63,618 nucleotides of DNA, from NCBI GenBank assembly GCA_031365905.1, contig JANLYZ010000187.1, positions 1 to 63,618 of the forward strand, given 5' to 3'. Of this stretch, positions 61,955-63,618 are shown in pieces. Within the stretch, counting starts at the first letter, position 1; every line of letters starts with the position of its first letter. The notes under the pieces were generated by a model. It did no database searches. It was not told the DNA's origin and saw only the letters and a list, made by a program, of their open reading frames with translations. This stretch comes from Chloracidobacterium sp. Lineage in GTDB: Bacteria; Acidobacteriota; Blastocatellia; Pyrinomonadales; Pyrinomonadaceae. The position numbers were made by a program, and so were the translations under genes.

Positions 61955-63618
61955 ATGAAACCGACGAGCTTCCAATTCGTACCGCGGACAACAGGTCACA
62001 GGAATATTCGTATTCGCACTATTCACAAATTCTCCAGGAGTTTGTTGTTGCGCCTTGGCGCAATCCTGATTCTGGGCGGCCTGCTGGTCAGCGGTTTCTA
62101 TTCAGCTTCCTCCGCCAAAACAAACAAGAGCGCAGCTCCCCAAGCCCCTCGGCAGACAGCGGTCACAACATTGAAGACTCTGCCAACTACGCCGACCGCT
62201 AAAGCATCCTTCAGTGCCTTGCCATTACCCTTGCCGCCCGTGGGTCCCACACTGGGAACCTATGCCGCTGATTGCACCACGCCAAAAACAGACTTCGTAG
62301 TAGGCGATACGGTATGTGTAAAGGTGACAGGATTTCCTACAGGTTCATTTTTCCCATACCGCCTCCTTCTGGGTAACGCTAATTCCACTATCATTCAGAG
62401 CGTGGCTATTACCTCGGATCCTCAGACACTCTCGTTTACCGTGGATGCCACTTCGGTAATTGGTGGGGTCACTGTGGACAATAGAGGAACTTGGCAAGTA
62501 GTCGTCGTGGATCCATTTTTCCTTTTTCCAGTAGCGAGGACTAAGTTTACAGTCTCCGATCCGCAAAATACGACTGCTGACATAGCCGTTGCCACGGTTT
62601 CATCTTCGACCGAAGTACAAGCGGGATCCCAGGTAATCTTCCGCCTGGAGGTAAAAAACTACGGGCCAGACAGCTCGCTAAGTGTCCAGTTGACGGATGA
62701 CGTACCGGCCAATACAACTTTCAGTTCGTTTCAACGGCTCTCAGGTCCAGCGTTTGTATGCACCAATCCGAGCGCCGGCAGTAGTAGCGGCACGTCAACC
62801 TGCACGCTTGCAAGTCTTGACTGGCCCGGTCCCGAGGCAGTCTTCCTCGCTATCTATGACGTGAATGCAGGCACGCCGGCTAACACAATAATAGTTAACA
62901 CCGCTAACGTAACAAGCAGCACAGACGATCAAAACCTGCGCAATAATTCCACTTCCGCTTCCGTAACGGTCGTCGGCTCAAGCGCGGGACAATGCTCGCT
63001 CAATTGCCCGGACAACATTACCGTTATTGCCGACACCACCGAGGGCGGCCAGCGCGGCGCGCACGTCACCTTTGACGCCGCCGAACCCACCGGTAGTTGT
63101 GGCGCAATAACGGCATCGCCTGCTTCCGGCACGTTTTTCCCGGCCGGAACAACCGTTGTGAGCGTCAGCTCCGAGACCAACGGAGGAAGCTGCAGTTTTA
63201 CGGTTACGGTTGAAGACCAGGGGACAAACCCTCCGTCCATTAGTTGTCCAGCCAATAAGCAGGCTGATGCAGACAGCAACTGCTCCGCCACAGTCAATGT
63301 TGGCACTGCGTCGGCAACGGGTAACAACGTCACGGTGATTGGCACTCGTAGTGATGGGTTGCCGATGTACACCTGCGACGCGAACGGCACCAACTGCGTG
63401 CGCCGCAGTTCTGATGATCCCTTCTCGAGTGGGGTAACTACCATTACCTGGAAGGCGTATTCGCACGATGTTCCGGGACCTTATGCGAGCGCGGACGACG
63501 AGGAGGCACACCGAACGGGCGTTGCCTTATGTTCGCAAACTGTAACCGTTAACGACGTGACGCCGCCTACGATTACGGCCCCGAACACGTCAGCCTCAGC
63601 GGACGCAAACTGTATGGC
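61955..63618 (+). CDS. Large secreted/surface protein with DUF11-like and HYR-like repeats. Partial: the 3' end runs off the window, so it is absent from the ORF track.
   Basis: ATG at 61955 with AAGGAG upstream, open frame to the window end by manual translation. N-terminal anchor LLLRLGAILILGGLLVSGF. DUF11-like FRLEVKNYGPDSSLSVQLTDDVPANTTF. HYR-like units begin CPDNITVIADTTEGGQRGAHVTF ... GSCSFTVTVED and CPANKQADADSNCSATVNVG. Confidence 0.75.
   Translation, partial: MKPTSFQFVPRTTGHRNIRIRTIHKFSRSLLLRLGAILILGGLLVSGFYSASSAKTNKSAAPQAPRQTAVTTLKTLPTTPTAKASFSALPLPLPPVGPTLGTYAADCTTPKTDFVVGDTVCVKVTGFPTGSFFPYRLLLGNANSTIIQSVAITSDPQTLSFTVDATSVIGGVTVDNRGTWQVVVVDPFFLFPVARTKFTVSDPQNTTADIAVATVSSSTEVQAGSQVIFRLEVKNYGPDSSLSVQLTDDVPANTTFSSFQRLSGPAFVCTNPSAGSSSGTSTCTLASLDWPGPEAVFLAIYDVNAGTPANTIIVNTANVTSSTDDQNLRNNSTSASVTVVGSSAGQCSLNCPDNITVIADTTEGGQRGAHVTFDAAEPTGSCGAITASPASGTFFPAGTTVVSVSSETNGGSCSFTVTVEDQGTNPPSISCPANKQADADSNCSATVNVGTASATGNNVTVIGTRSDGLPMYTCDANGTNCVRRSSDDPFSSGVTTITWKAYSHDVPGPYASADDEEAHRTGVALCSQTVTVNDVTPPTITAPNTSASADANCM

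Noticed and set aside
62929-63511. Minus-strand ORFs 62929..63444 and 62978..63511.
   Set aside because: They are antisense shadow frames of the continuous DUF11/HYR-repeat ORF, which shows clear domain repeats on the plus strand.

Overview
This 63.6 kb window is almost wall-to-wall glycan biosynthesis genes, nearly all on the minus strand. I found no rRNA, tRNA, CRISPR array, transposase or integrase.

Positions 920..11584 carry a recognisable PEP-CTERM/exosortase exopolysaccharide core. In transcription order it encodes exosortase, EpsI, the TPR lipoprotein PrsT, a chain-length determinant, a locus-type AAA ATPase, a tyrosine autokinase, a polyprenyl glycosylphosphotransferase and an OPX exporter.

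The rest encodes about ten glycosyltransferase domains (GT2 and GT4) and one Wzx-like flippase. It also holds two O-antigen-ligase/Wzy-like proteins, a GT-C-like membrane protein and a second initiating transferase (WecA-like fusion). A second, fused Wzc-type tyrosine kinase and rmlA-like/rmlB/rmlD genes are present, but no rmlC.

The tailoring set is unusually rich:
- three AsnB-type amidotransferase paralogs, one without the Cys nucleophile
- a polysaccharide deacetylase, an FkbM methyltransferase, a hexapeptide acetyltransferase and an SGNH hydrolase
- a carbamoyltransferase with SxtJ-like and DUF5989-like partners
- a PhyH dioxygenase, a cytochrome P450 and a FadD-like acyl-CoA ligase

The few plus-strand genes are a GT2-GT4 fusion, a zf-HC2 (anti-sigma-like) protein divergent from a sigma-like protein, a hicAB toxin-antitoxin pair and a partial DUF11/HYR surface protein at the right edge.

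The most unexpected signal is in the non-coding DNA. Several families of palindromic elements sit exactly between a stop codon and the next ribosome-binding site. One 27-nt-arm family has three near-identical copies in the core operon. The hicAB cassette is bracketed by a perfect 17-bp inverted repeat that shares that family's terminal motif. A short REP-like palindrome is translated in frame inside the exosortase.

The source organism cannot be determined from this window. The gene and repeat style resembles soil Acidobacteriota-like lineages, but that is unverified. All family assignments rest on motifs read by eye, with no database searches.
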